Shown piece by piece: positions 24,761 through 38,994 of a stretch of DNA of 64,000 nt. The DNA comes from Lama guanicoe (lineage: Eukaryota). A program made the translations under genes and the position numbers. Numbering within the stretch: position 1 is the stretch's first letter; every line of letters starts with the position of its first letter. Below the pieces are notes generated by a model. The model saw only the letters and a program-made list of their open reading frames with translations, had not been told where the DNA came from and did no database searches. Location: the NCBI GenBank assembly GCA_013239625.1, contig MU053588.1:3066799-3130798 (forward strand), given 5' to 3'.

Positions 24761-26067
24761 TACTAGAAAACTAACTTACAATTGCCTGTTCAGCTTGCCT
24801 TCATTTCAAATGGACAGAATGGGCTAGGTAATCAGTTAAACAGCTGTGCCTGTTGACCTGATCCAGCTGAGGCTGTCAGGAAGTGTATATCCATGTGTTC
24901 CATGAGTACTTGAGGGGGATTTGTTACATGATCTAGCACTAGAGGTCCAGCATAGGACAGCTGGCCAAAACACCGTTCCCCCTCCCAATGCACTTGCAGC
25001 TTAGTGAGGGAGGCAGAAAACAGCCAGTTACCACTCAATTGCTCAGTGGCACAGTGGGTTAAGTGCTATGACAGACAAGTCCAGGTGTGGTGGTATAGAA
25101 CTTTACTTTCACCTGGTGCTTCTGGAAATCAGATATGGTTAGGAACTCGCCCACCCTTCTATGTCCTCTATGTCCAGAGAAATGGCTTCAAGGAAACTCC
25201 CTTCCCTGTATGACTTAGATGAGACTTGAGTTGGCCCCATTTACCCATGACAAGGTCAGACACAGAACCTCCCCCCGACCCTGCCAATTTCGCATTCTTT
25301 GTCTCATGAATGAGCTCTGGTCTAATTCACAGAGCAGCAGGAGCTGTGAAGAGAGCAGACAGGAGACACCATTGTCTGACATAAGTTTTGGACGATCACA
25401 TGGCATTTCCTGCCTCAGCTCTTTCCACTCATCAGTCGTGACATTGATCCCTCAGTGTCTGTAAGGTCCCAAGGAAGCAGCAGTGCTCAGTGTTAGTGAA
25501 GAGTGTGTGATATGCCCATTGGTTTAATGACACGCTGTGGCCTACACCTCCCTACACACAGGATTTTTAGCTAACATTTTGTGAGTACTCTCATCTTTCG
25601 TGTGTTCAGACACTATGCTAAGCCCTTTAAACACAGTATCTAATTTAATTTTTACCAAAGCTCTATGAAGTAGACTATTAATACACTCGCTTTTAAGATG
25701 AGAGATTCACTGAGCAAAGGATCCTAAATGACTGGGCCTCAAGGCTGCAGGCTCCCAGCCATTTCCCCCAGTACCCAAACCTGTGGCATAATGTCTGGGC
25801 ATGTGTCCAGCCCACACTGCCCACTGTGCCTGGAACCATCCACCTCACAGTGACTTGGGTCCTGGGGTTGGCTCCAGGTCACCACTCCATCCTGCCACAT
25901 CCTCCAAGTGAGGTTCTTCCCAGGGGAGACCCTGATGTCTGTCCCAGGAGCTTCACTCCTGAGCAAACCTAAAGAGTATTTGAGGGCTGGTGGTTGTGGC
26001 AGTGGAAACACTTGCATTTGTCTCAGGTGATGGAAAAGGTCAAGGTGAGCGTAAAGAGGAGCATGAG

Positions 26068-26080
26068 TGCCCTCTAGTGG
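26068..26080 (-). promoter_or_regulatory. CTCF-like motif TGCCCTCTAGTGG
   Basis: Core consensus match between the LIPE remnant and the CEACAM remnant. Confidence 0.5.
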
Positions 26081-29000
26081 ATTGTTTCTGCTAGAAGCAG
26101 AGCAAAGAGGGCCCTAGAGAGTTCAAAGATTTAGGGCTGACCCTGGACAAAGGGCACAGAAGGAGGTATATTAAGGGTGATTAACTTATGGCTGATTGTA
26201 CCTCGCCAGCAGGAAGACTGTTTTTTTTTCCAAAGGGAATAACCACAAATCAGAATGTCAGATGAGGGAAATTCTGTAGACACTACATAACAAATCTATA
26301 TTCGATGTCATTTGACAGTCTACTCTGATGTCCTTACCATCTTTAGAGGGACTTAGCAATGAATGCAAATCACTGATATCATTTAGAAGATGTATTAAGA
26401 AGAAAATTAAGTCATAGGAGCTTCTCTTTTTTTTTTCAGAATCATATACATTGGCATCATTAAGTATGAATCTACACCCCAGAAATTGACTTGGTTTGTG
26501 ACAGGCAGTGTCAGGTCTCATTCCCAGCACCTGTGGGCTGACAGCACCTGCCCCCCAACCCTGGGCCCCTCTTGGAACCACAGGAGGCTTTGATGCTCCC
26601 TCATTAGGAGAAGAGGAGGATCTTTTTAGTGTTCTCACCCTACACCTGTCCCCACTGATACTTAAATTACTGACGACTATTTCTGATCTTCCTCCATCCC
26701 AATATTGTGACAGACCCAGGAGATGCCTTCTGCTCATGGTTCTGAGGGAAAGCTCTCAAAAGCAGTTTCCTTCACCACCCTGAGCAGACCTCCACTCTGA
26801 GTGTCATCATCATTACCCAGCATCACTTAGACACTTTTTAGGGAGCCAGATGCTTTCCAACTCTTAGTGGGAAATGTGACTCTCTGTGTACAGGGGTGAG
26901 TAGTAGAAATGGACAAGAAGAAATCGCATTAGTGTTCCCAGAAGATGATCTAGATGAACTCATGAAAGCCTAAAAGTATAGCGGAGTCCACATGAATCAA
27001 CATTCCCACACTCAGCATGGATGGTAGTCAGCCTTCACCATTTCCTTAAGCGCTAAACTACAAGAAGTGACATTAACAATGAGCTAGAGAATAAAACATG
27101 CATCACAGTTATTGATAAAACCAAAACAGTTATTTTTCTTAAAAGAGCATTCCAGTGTATTATGTTCATTTTTATAATGATGTAAGAGGGCCCTTGTGTC
27201 AACAGGCTATCTACAGTTTTGTAACCTAGAAAACATTACTACCCTTTTCCCCTTTAAATCTCAAAAACAAAACTAGAGGTTACTCCTGGGCCCTCTCTCA
27301 GATCCAAAGCCCTGTGACCAGCAGCAGGATAAGCTGAGGCTCTGGCTCCCTGGTCCTCCAGACAATGGCGAAGCCATTGTTCTGTTCCCCTCCACCCCTG
27401 AGCTGGCACTGTACCATGAAGTGCCTGCATCCATGGGAGCTGATTGGCTGATGCAGTTCTCCTATGGTTGCCTGAGGGTCCCTTACTCTTTTTGTGGCTC
27501 AATCTAAACCACCACCAGAACCCTTTGCCTCTAGCCCTGTCCAGAGATATCGGAAGTTCTGGAAGCCGAATCCCTACTGGAACGCACCAATTCCAGGCTC
27601 AGATCTCATGGGCAGCTCCTGGGAGCACTTCATCCCAACTTCTGGCCCTATTCCCTAAGTATTTAGTGAGGTGTTGTGTTCAGTTGGCTCCAGCTGCCCA
27701 GAGCAAGTGGACTTTCTTGCCAGGGAGGCCATGCTGAGGCCTCAGGCAACAGGAGGACAAGAGATGGAGGTCTGTTGACAAACACTCTTTGAAAGCCGGG
27801 CAGTGAGAGCAGGAGGCAGAGCCAGGTCGAGACACATCCCTGATTAGGCTCTGATGGGAAATGTGTTGGTATCTTGTGCCCAGGGGTCCCTCTGAACAGA
27901 AGCCTCTGCTCCAGCTACACTGTCTGGGAGGATGAGATGGAAGCCAGGCGGGATATCCAGCTGTCCGCATACTCTCAGTAATAGATCCTCGATAAACGTG
28001 TGTAGAATGGATGAGGGAAACCACACAATGGAAGCCTATCCCCCCACTCTAGTGTGACACCTAGGAGTCAGAGAATATTCCCTGCAGACACAGGGGCACT
28101 GGCATCAGCCTGGGAGGAGACCTGTAAGCGCCCGTGGCTGTCCCAGATGAACCTTCATTCCTTGTAGAGTCAGGAAGGAGGACAGGGGCCTCCTGTGATG
28201 AGTCAGATCCCCATTCATTTCCAGAAAATCACATCCCCTCCCATCTCTACCTCGTGAGAGACTCCTAGTCTCCCTGGAGGGCCTGAACCAGCAGCCTGAG
28301 TCCCTCCCCTTCTCACAGAGACCTGATCTAACACAAACTCTGGATCCTTCCTCCCATCTGTGTCACTGCAGGGGAGGAGGGAACCCCAGTCTGATCTCAA
28401 AGGATTCACGGGCAACTCTTCATCCCAAAGTTCCCTGATGTATGGGGATATCTGGCTATGGTCCCCAAAGACATCTCAGCCACCCAAGGCATCCAGGGGA
28501 AGGAGGGAAACTTCCCTTGCAGGATAGAACAGGGGAACCCAGCATCTGCAGTTGCTCCATCTCAGAGGGACTAGGGTCGCATGGGGACCTTCCTTCCCCT
28601 AACAGAGGAACCCACAGGCTCCCCTGACTGAGTCTCCAGGTAGAGCTGCCCCAGGTCCTGGGCCCTGTGGGGAGGCCAAAAGCAGATAACTGACAGGGAT
28701 GCAGATGACTTGGGTGTAGCCCCCAGTGCTGAGAAGGAAGGAAGCACAGGACCCTCTGGGGTCAAGCCACAGACCTGCACCCTTTCCCAGCAGCCTTAAG
28801 AGACCCCTCACCGGGCCCTTCCTTTGAAGCCTCAGGGACAGAGAGCTCCTCCTGAGGCACACGTTCACCTAGGTGGACAATTCTGCCACTGAATCAAGAG
28901 TCCCCTGGACAACACCCATCCTCTCCCTGGGCTCACTCTGCACTGGGATGGAGTCGGAAAGCCTGGGGACCCACAGTGACCAGGACCCAGGCTGACAGGC

Positions 29001-32000
29001 CCCCTAGCCTGGAGTCCAGAGCCCACTTCTGCCTGGTGCTCAGGGCCAGCTTACACCCTTTGGAGCCTGGTCAGCACACCTAGTGCAGCCCCTGACACTG
29101 GACCCAGATCAGTTCATACCCTCCAGGGAGCGACATTGGGCTGTAGAGACAACAGGAAATCAACCTGTGAACTTTGCTTTGGCTCAGCAGTTGGGGAAAG
29201 AGCCTGATTTCCATCCCTCCCTGTAACGGGCCCTCCTGGGCTCTTCCTATGTGCCTGCTCTCTCCTACTCACTCCTTCTGGGGGCCTAGGAGCGCCCTAC
29301 TATGCCAGGTCCCACTCCCTGCCTGGTGCCACCCATGGGAAAGTTCAAGGTGACCACAGGAAAATCAGCCAGGCTGAGGACATAGGGCCCAGTAACGTCA
29401 GGGAAAACAAGGACAGTTTCTGAGCCAAGTTCAGTGAACAGACAAGGAGGGAGGATCTCCCTGAAAACGCCCCCAGGACCAGGGAGCCCAGAGCCACCCA
29501 ACCTCCCAGTTTCCCAGAACACACAGAAAACCTTGCCCTTCACACCTGGGAACTGCAGCAACTTCTACACCCACCCCTGGGTCTCTGTTCCTGGAAACAG
29601 ACACAGGCAAAGGTGGAGGTCAGGACCTTTCACCGGATATCACTCAGCTTGCTCCTTTCCTCTGTGTGTTGGGTGGGGTGAATTCTATTCACACACACAG
29701 GACTGACAGGCCTAGACTGTGCCTCCATCCCCCTCTGCATTACATCTTGTGTTAGGGTTTGAAATTTTAGTGCAGGACACACACAGTGGAAACAAAATTC
29801 AAAGGATCAAAATTCAGAATCCGGACCGTGAAAACATCCTATGCAGAAAGAAGGACCAGTCTGATGGGAGTAACTCATCAGAGGGAGATGAGTCTCAGAC
29901 CAACCTCCTGGACCACTCCCTGTGATCAGGACGCTGAGGAAGACACTGTAGGACTCAGTAGGGGCCTGGCCTGAGGGCCCCCTGGGATCCTAACAGAGAA
30001 GATCAGCCCCAGGAAGCCCCTCCCCAGGCCCTGTCCCAGGGCTCCTGACTCCAGAGACCCTCGAGCACCTGTGTCACTGTTGGGTTTTGGCCTCTTGGGA
30101 AAGGCTAATTGGAAACAATGATTTCCCAGCTGCCTCAGTCACCAGGCATCTGAGCTGGGGCTCAACCCCAAGAGACACATCTGAGCAGAGGTGGACCCTG
30201 GTCCTTCACCTGAGACTCAGCATGGAAAGCAAGATGGGCTAGGTCCCCAGGCAATTAGCCAACCACCTTGAGGACTGAGGAGACTCCAGAGGAAGGTCAG
30301 CATCCCAGGGAGGAACAGAGGAGAGAAGATGCTCCTGGCAGCTCCTCACCCACCAGGGTGCAGCCCAGGGAGCCCTCTCCTGTGGATGCAAATGATAGAT
30401 GCAGTTTTTTGGTCAGCTCCTCTATGCCCAGCTTATGTCAGTTAATTATGAATTATTTAAAGTTAACATACAGACAACATGGCAAGGCTGAGACCATTTA
30501 CCATTTATCCTATTCTACAGGCAAGAAACTGAGTTACAGGGGGATACAGTCACTGAATCAGAGTCACACAGACATGACTAACCAATCAAAGTCATGCCTA
30601 GATCACAGTCCCAGCCTCCCCTCGACCCCAGGGGCCTTACTGAACATCTATGGACCCAGAAGCCAGCTATTGCTCTAGATCATTTCCACCTGGGCATCCC
30701 CAGCTCAGAAGGAGGTGCTGGTGTGGAAAGTGAAAGGAAATGGAAAATTAGTTACTTATACCAACAATCAGAGTCAGTGAAAGGAGAGTCCAGGCCTGCC
30801 CCTGTCAGGCAGCTAATGCACAGGCTCCTTGTCCTGGATTAGAAATCAAGCATTTATTTCCTAATGTGCTGGGTGTCATTCTCACTGGAGTAAAATGGAA
30901 AGGACTTGGTTTCCTCAATCCCCAGTCTATTCCTGCAACCAGCACAGGGCCCAACAGGTAACAAATTCTCAATCTCTCTGTGATGAAGGAAGGGTGGAAT
31001 AAATAAGAATGAATGAATGATCTATAATCTCTTCAGACACTGGAATCTGCATGCAGAGTCCTAGGAGGTTTTGGCCACATCTGTTCCTGTCTCTCCAGGG
31101 ATGGGACCCATATTCCATCCTCTGACCATCTGCCCCTAAAGCAGGATGGGAGCCAAGTCTCACGATGACTGTGAGGCTGCTTGGCCATGGGAGGGTTGCC
31201 AGGGTGACATGGGTCCTGCTTTAGGCAGCTGTGGGACTCTTGGATCTTTGAATCTGTGAAATCACTTGTAACCTCCACTTTGAAGTCACTCGTAAATGGA
31301 CATTTCTCACTCTCTCCGCTCCTTCCGTGTCTCTCATCTTCTTCCTCCTTCATTCCAGCTGGGACTGGTTCTGCTCAGAAAAGAGCCCCCACCCTTAAGC
31401 CCTCCACAAATACTCCCGCGAACGGCTGACTGCCCTGCTCCCGTCCTGCTAACGCCTGTGGCCAGGCCCACTCTCCCGGGCAATAGGAAAGGACACAGAA
31501 ATCAGTGGGAGCAGCAGCCTCTGTGAGGCTCCAGCCTGAGCCAGTTTCCCCAGGTCACCAGGAGAGTGAACTTCTGCTTTGCCCTGGTCCAGGGCTCTTT
31601 CCCTCCATGACACCAACAAGTGGGGCATGTCACTTGAGAGTGATATGCCACCCCTCCACCTACTCTCTACATGACTCAACCAGGGAGTCAAAGGCAGAAG
31701 GATAGGTCTGCAGTGGCTCACAGGCTCACTTCACCTCTTTGACTTGTGACTCACATCCTCACCCTGGTGTGAGGCTCCCATTCCTCCCAGTGGTTCTCGA
31801 GACTTCCTGGGGGGCAGGGAGGGGAGGTGGCTGACAGACACTGTGCCTATACCATTGTCTGTGTGTCCTAGTGATGGCACCTTTATCATAGGAAAGGGAT
31901 GCTCTCCGACAATGAGATACCGGAGCCACTGTCCTTTCACTTAGCCTCTGCCCAATTCGGACAAGTTTGATCAAACTCCAGTTGTGTTTCTTGATGCAAA

Positions 32001-33199
32001 AAGAAAAGAAAGCATGTCACATGCCTGTATTGCCCTCCTCCTCATTTGCCTGACTGTCCACAGAAATTGGTGACAGGGACCTCTTCTCCTAAATTTATTA
32101 ACATAACATGTATCATTTCTAGTAATTTAGATCATTCCTTCCTTTATAAAACAGAGACTCAGACTTCTGCTGATCAATTCTGAACTTTAACAGGACTCAC
32201 ATGTCTCTACCCAGGTAGTTCCTGATCAAACCACTTTAGCATCTTCCTTTGATCATAATGTGATCCTGACTGGACTGCAGAACTTGGTCTAAGACCTTAC
32301 AGAGGTATTCCTCAGAAACAGGTCTTAGATCTTTGGGGCATTAATAATTATTCTCACATATTCTTTCAGAATTTAACTTCTACTCAGATTTCTACCTCAT
32401 AATTGCCAAAAACAGGTGGTCAATGAGGCCCAAATTTTATGCAAGTTCATGGTCCCTCACTTTCCACAACTCACCCTGTCTGTATTTGCTGTCTAAGAGT
32501 ATTCAGGAAAGATTGACATGGTCCTCATCTGCCCTTAACAATGGGAGAAGAGACATTAAAGACCCAGGGTAGAGATTCTGGTTCTGCTGCCAAAGACAAT
32601 CATCTCCTGCCTGTCCCCCTCATGGCCCTGCAGACTGAATACTGAACTGAACGCCAGACTTGCTTCTGGTCTTCCTGTGTGTTATTTCTGCTCAAACACC
32701 CAGTACCAAACACCCATGCTGCTTGGTCCTCTCAAGGTTTAAGGACCATGAGATGGTCCATCATTACCCATCTCCAGGGTATCTTGGAAATCGGGGCCTC
32801 AGTGAAAACACATCCCCACCAGGCAGTGTAGGTCTGTGCAGCTTGAAGGGACTCAGGACCCACACGTTCCAGGTGAGCACCTCAAGGTCGGTCAGGCAGT
32901 CACCATGTCAGTGAAAAACCAGGAGAGGAAACAGGCGGTCTCACCTCCCAGGCCTAGGTTTCAGCTATCAACGCTGATACTTAATTGACACTTGAGGAAG
33001 CCTGTGCTTCCTCCCAGACATAGAGCACATGTTCAGTGAGCTCAGAGTTTCATGCATTTGTCTTGTGATACACAGACCTGCCTTATTCTTTAAGGACTCA
33101 GCTTGGCTTAGAGGTTAAGAGATAACGACTTTGATTGAAGATGCTTTTGGAGGAATCAAAGGTATAAAACAGGCAATGTTTTCTCTGTTATCTTCACAG

Positions 33200-33478
33200 C
33201 AAAGTTACCCACACCTGTCGTCACCAGAAACAACTCCAACCCCATGGAGCACGAGGACACGGTAGTGTTAACATGTGAACTTGAGACTCAGAACACCACC
33301 TACATGTGGTGGATCAACAATCAGAGCCTCCCTGACAGCGCCAGGCTGGAACTGTCCAAGGACAACAGGACTCTCACTTTACTCCATGTCACAAGGAATG
33401 ACACTGGACCTTATGTGTGTGAAACCCAGAGCCCAGTGAGTGCCGGCCGCAGTGACCCATTCACCCTGAACGTCCTCT
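33200..33478 (+). CDS. CEACAM IgC-like A1 exon (279 nt, phase 1-1), open
   Basis: cacag|CA AAG TTA CCC...; KLPTPVVTRNNSNPMEHEDTVVLTCE...TYMWWINNQSL...LSKDNRTLTLLHVTRNDTGPYVCETQSPVSAGRSDPFTLNVL; T|gtgagt. Confidence 0.95.
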
Positions 33479-34348
33479 GTGAGTAATCTCTGTTCCTATG
33501 TGGCCCAGGTAGCCTGCCCGAATCTACACAGCCAGAGGCCAGGCCACACCCACTCCTCTCAGGTCCAAGTACATGGACCGTCACCCGTGGATACCAGGCT
33601 GGCCATGACTTCCTGGCCCAGGCAAATCTGGCAGGCCTAGCCTTGAGCCAAGACTGGGAGGGAACAGCTGCTCCTGTCTTGAGAGGCTCAGGATCACCAT
33701 CCTGTGATGGGAGAATCAGGTTAATGTCTCAGACTTAGGATGAATGAAACTGAGGGGTGGTTGTTGTTGGGGATTTTAAAAACAAGATTGTTCCTGGCTC
33801 AGAGGGATATATAACCCCTCTACAAACCAGGAGACTGGGTTGGGCCATCTTTATTCCCTAATAAATTATTTAACAAGAATTAAATTCCTCTCCTACTTTA
33901 TGGAAAGTTCCCTTGGCCCAGACATGCACAGAGCTGGCAAGCCTGCCTTCCCCAACATACATGGAAGTGAATATAAGGAAGGGGAATTGAATTTTTTTAA
34001 AGTCAAGAAAATTCTAGAAAAAGGTCAATGAAAGTTAATGAAAAACTCCACTTGATAAGGAGGATGCTAGACATATGGGCTGAGAAGCGGTTCCTGGTGC
34101 TGATACTACAGAGATGTTCATGGAGACTGGCCAGGGGTCATCCGGGGGTGTCTGGGTTTCAGAGAGGAAGAGCAGTCTCCTCCTCACAGATTATCACTGA
34201 AGAGAGACCCACAACCTTGTTCACAGAGTCAGGGCCATCCTCTAGGTCACCTCCACAGAATTCACTGGACCCCAGGAGTGGCTGAGATCTCTGAGGAAGG
34301 AGTGCGGCCCCAGGCCCCAGACCAGTCACCTCCTCTGTTTCTTCGCAG

Positions 34349-34627
34349 ACCCAGTGGCACAGCCCTCCATCCAAGCCAGCAACACCACTGTCACAGAACA
34401 TGGGGATACCATGTTCCTGACCTGTCTTACAAATGACACTGGGATCTCCATCTCCTGGCTCTTCAATGGCCAGAGTCTATTGCTCACAGAGAGGATGAAG
34501 CTGTCCCAGGGCAACAGCACCCTCACCATACACCCTGTCAGGAGGGAGGATGCCGGGAATTATCAGTGCCAGGTCTCCAACCTGGGCTATTCCAGCAAGA
34601 GTGACGTCCTCAGCCTGGAAGTGAAAT
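34349..34627 (+). CDS. CEACAM1-type A2 exon (279 nt, phase 1-1), open
   Basis: cgcag|AC CCA GTG GCA CAG; PVAQPSIQASNTTVTE...LTCLTNDTGISISWLFNGQSL..TERMKLSQGNSTLTIHPVRREDAGNYQCQVSN; T|gtgagt. Confidence 0.95.
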
Positions 34628-34859
34628 GTGAGTGACCACTTGCCCCGTGCTGCAAGTGGGAGGACTACCCTACCAGTGGGTGCAAATTAGATACAGGTCA
34701 CAGGGCGAAGAATATCAAATAAGAGACCATTATAGTAAATAGAATGGCATCACGGATAAGAGCTCAGTCTCTAAATCAAATATACCTAATTTCTTATCCT
34801 GCATTTGGCATTTTAGTGTGATCTTTCACAAGATTCTTCCTTTTTCCCTGTTACCATTT

Positions 34860-37550
34860 TTAATGGGTAAAATATACATAAAATATAATTTTAACGATTT
34901 TAAGAGTATAGCTCAGCAGCATTAGGTATATTCATACTATTGTGCGATCATTAACTCAATCCATCCAGAACTTTTTCACCTTACCATACTAAAACTCTGT
35001 ATCTATTGAACAATAACTCCCCCTTCCTGCACCCCAAACCCTGGAAACCACCATTCTATTTTCTTTGTCTCTGTGAATTTGACTATTCTAGTTATTTTGT
35101 ATAAGTGAAATCTTACAATAATTGTCCTTTTGGGTCTGATTTATTTCACTTAGCATTATGTCTTCAAGATGCCATCCATGTTATAGCGTACCAGAATTTC
35201 ATTTCCTTTAAAAGCTGAATTATATTTCCTTGTGTGTATATATATATATACACACCATATTTTGTTCATCATTCATAGGTTGATTGCTTTTAGATTATTT
35301 CCACCTTTTGGCTATTGTGACTACACTGCTTAAACATGGGTTTAACAAACATCTGTTCAATCTTTTGAGCACATACCTAGAAGTAGTAGAATTGTCAGAT
35401 CAAATGTCAATCCTTTGTTCAACTCTTTGATGAACTCCCATACCATTTTCCATAATGGTTGCACCATTTACATTCCCACCAGCAGTGCACAAAAGTTCCA
35501 ATTTTTCCACATCCATGAAAACACTTGTTGTTTTCTGGTTTTTCTTTTTTTAATAGCCATCCTAAACAGTGTGAAGTGATATCTTACTGTGGTTTTGATT
35601 TGCATTCCTCTAATGATTAGTGATGTTGAGCATCTTTTCATATCCTTATTGGCAATTTGTATATCTTCTTTGGAGAAATGTCTCTTCAGTTCCTTTACCC
35701 ATTTTTAAATTTGGTTGTTGTTGTTGAATTGTAATAGCTCTTTACATATTATGGATATTAAGCCCTTATCAGATATATGTCTTGCAATTAATTTAGCCCA
35801 TTCTGTGGGTTGCTTTTTCACTTTGTTGATAGTATCCTTTGATGCACAAAACTTTTTAATTTTGATGAAGTCCAATTTATCAGTTTTTTCTTTCTTGCCT
35901 GTGCTTTGGTTTCCTATCCAAGAAAGTATTGCCAAATCCAAAGTTATGACGCTGTCACTCTCTGTTTTTCTTCTAGTTTTATCTCTAACATTTAGGTCTT
36001 TGAGTCATTGTGAGTTACTTTTTTGTTTGTTTTTGTATATGGTGTTAGGTAAAGACTCAGCTTCATTCTTTCATGTAAATATCCAGTTTTCCCAGTTTCA
36101 CTTGTTGAAAACACTCTCTTTTCCTCATATAATGGTCTTCACACCCTCATCAGTGTCATCTGACTATATATGCAAGGGTTTATTTCTGCCCTTTCTATTC
36201 CATTGTTGTGTTTGTCTGTTTTTATGTTAGTACCACACTTTTGATTACTCTAGCTTTGCAGCAAATTCTGAAATCAGGAAGTGTTAGTCCTCCCACTCCT
36301 TTTTTCCACGTTGTTTTGGCTATTGGGGGACTCCTAAAATTCCATATGAATTTTAGGGTTGATTTTCTATTTCAGAAAAAAAAAAGCCATTGGGGAATTT
36401 TGACAGAGATTGCAATGAATCTTAGATCACTTTGGATAGTACTGTCATCTTAATAATATCAAGTCTTCCCATCCATGGGCATGGAATGTCTTCCGATTTA
36501 TTTATGTCTTCTTTAATTTCTTTCAGTAGTGTTTATTTATAGTTTTTCAGTGTACAGATCTTCTACCTCTCTGGCTAATTCCTAAGTAGTTCATTCTTTT
36601 TGATACTATTGTAAATAAAATTTTCCTGATTTCCTTTCTGAATGTTTCATTGTTTATATATAGAAACAACTAAATTTTACCTGTTGATTTAGTATCCTGC
36701 AGCTTTGCTAAATTAGTTTATTAGTTTTAACAGTTTTGTGGGGAGTCTTTAGGGTTTCCTGCACATAAAGTTGTGTCATCTGCAAACAGAGATCATTTTA
36801 TTCTTTTCCATTTTGGATGTCTTCTATTTCTTTTTCTTGCCTAGGTGCTCTGGGTAGTACATCCAATACTATTTTGAATAGAAGTGGGAAAAGCAGGCAT
36901 TGTTGTCTTGTTCCTGATCTTACAGGAAAAACTTTCAATCTTTCACCATTGAGGATGATGGTTAGCTGTGGGTTTTCTATATGTGGCCTTTATCAAATTG
37001 AGGTGGTTTCCTTCTTTCCTTGTTTGAGTGTTTTTATCATAAAAGAATGCTGAATTTTGTCAAATGTTTTTATTGATTTAACTCCTTACTTTACATGTAT
37101 GTTCATATTTTCTATTTCTTTGTGACTGCATCTTTGTAGCTTTTCTTTCTAGGAATTTGCCTATTTCATAGAAGTTATCCAATTTGTTGGCATATGATTA
37201 TTCATAGTACTCTTATACTTCTACTATTTTTGTAGAATTGGTACTAATGTTCCCATTTTCATTTCTGATTTTAGTAATTTGAATCTTCTCTTTTTTCATT
37301 AGTCAATCTAGTTAGAGATTTGTCAATTTTGTTAATCATTTTGATGAACCACATATTGGTTTTATTGATTCTCTCTACTGTTTTTCCATTCTCTAATTTA
37401 TTTATCTCCATTCTAATCATTATTACTTCCTTCCTTGTGATATATTTGGGTTTAGTTTGGTTTTTTCCCTCATCCCTTAAGTTGTAAATTTAGATTGTTG
37501 CTTTGAGATCTTTTTTTTTCTTAATACAAGCATTTATAATTACAAATTCT
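34860..37550 (-). mobile_element. Older LINE-1 (ORF2 3' half plus 3'UTR) in the CEACAM A2-TM intron
   Basis: ORF 35705-35941 (DKLDFIKIKKFCASKDTINKVKKQPTEW); T-rich L1 antisense text. Confidence 0.88.
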
Positions 37551-38864
37551 TGCCCAAGAGTCTTAACTTCTCCGAGGCTCAGATTGCTCAACAGAAAGCT
37601 GCAATAAGAGTACATGTTTCATGGTATTGTTTCACAGATTTACTGTAATATCCAATTAGACCCTTAGCAAATACACACACAGAGGAAATTTTCCATAAAT
37701 GTTAGCTGCTGATATTACTACTATTATCATTAGGCTCTATAAAATCAGGGACTCCTCACTCTAAGGCCCCCTCTTATTAGCCATTTGACTTCTGGTTTTT
37801 CACCAATGTAAGCCTGTTTTTTCATCTGTAGAATGGAAATAGTGTCTATCTGACAGGGTTATTATATGAATTAAATGAGAAATGGGAAACATGTAGCACA
37901 GAGCCTGGCACATAGTAAGTACCTCTTAACAGTAGCAACTCCAGCATTAATTTTCATCTTGAGTAGAATGGTGAGGCCAACCAAAATTAAAAAGAAGAAA
38001 CAGAAGCAAAAGGTATTATACATATTTAGGGAGGAAGGCGTAACACAAATGACCAATGGGACGTGTTACTGACTAACTATGGGAGAGAAAAAAAGGAGTT
38101 GAGTGCAACGTTTCATATCTAGTATGTTGGTTTTCATCCCATGAGATGCAGCCAAGATAGGATTAGACATCAAGACATTCATTGCCGAAAATGCCCGTGA
38201 AGGAAAGCGGGGCAGGAGAGGGAGGAAGCTGGCAGGGTCCTCAGACCATGATGTATATCTGACTCCTGAGAAAGAGAAAGGGAAGGAAGGAAGTTTTAGA
38301 TTACAGTGCAGCTTTAGAGACTGTCTGCAAGGCTGGTGGGAAGTGCTTGAACTAAAGTCACTCATCACAGAAAAATCATTTCTCACAGAATTGGGGTTGA
38401 TTTCATAGCCCTGCTGGGAGCCCGTGGGAAGGGGAGTCTCTGTGTACAGGGGTAGTGCACTCAGAGTTCCATCAGTTAAGTCCCCACCACAAGACACCTG
38501 AGAGGCACATGTGCATGGATGATGCTCAGGGAAAGATGCAGCCATGAAAAGGTGAGAAGTCATAATATACAAAAAAAACCGCCATCAATCCTTCTTACAT
38601 TTCTAAAGGCTTCAAAAATATCCCAATGCAGAAAGGCCAGGATGGAACTGAGGCAAATCTGATCACCAACCTAGACATACAGTCAAAGAGAAAAGAACTG
38701 CAAGGATATAGTTGGCTAATCCCCTCACAGCAACCTCCCACAGAAAATTTACTCCTTGAAGAAACAAGTAGAGATTTTTTTATACTGAGAGTTGTTTCCC
38801 AGAGCACTTCCCACTGTAAAACAACGTCACCTTCATTCACTGTCCTCTTTTCTCTCCATGACAG

Positions 38865-38994
38865 ATGATCCAACACAAGGAAGTTCTTCTGGCCTCTCAG
38901 ATGGTGCTATTGCCGGCATCGTGATTGGAGCCGTGGCTGGGGTAGCTTTGATAGCAGCCCTGGTGTATTTTCTGTACGTCAGAAAAACTGGAAG
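38865..38994 (+). CDS. CEACAM1-type transmembrane exon (130 nt)
   Basis: gacag|AT GAT CCA; DPTQGSSSGLSDGAIAGIVIGAVAGVALIAALVYFLYVRKTG; AG|gtatga. Confidence 0.95.

Noticed and set aside
27200..29650. CEACAM 5' flanking region or promoter
   Set aside because: Plausible by position, but I could not confidently match it or find a TSS or leader exon, so it is not called.
33200..34627. PSG-like secreted or GPI-anchored CEACAM
   Set aside because: CEACAM1-type A2, TM and ITIM exons follow downstream.
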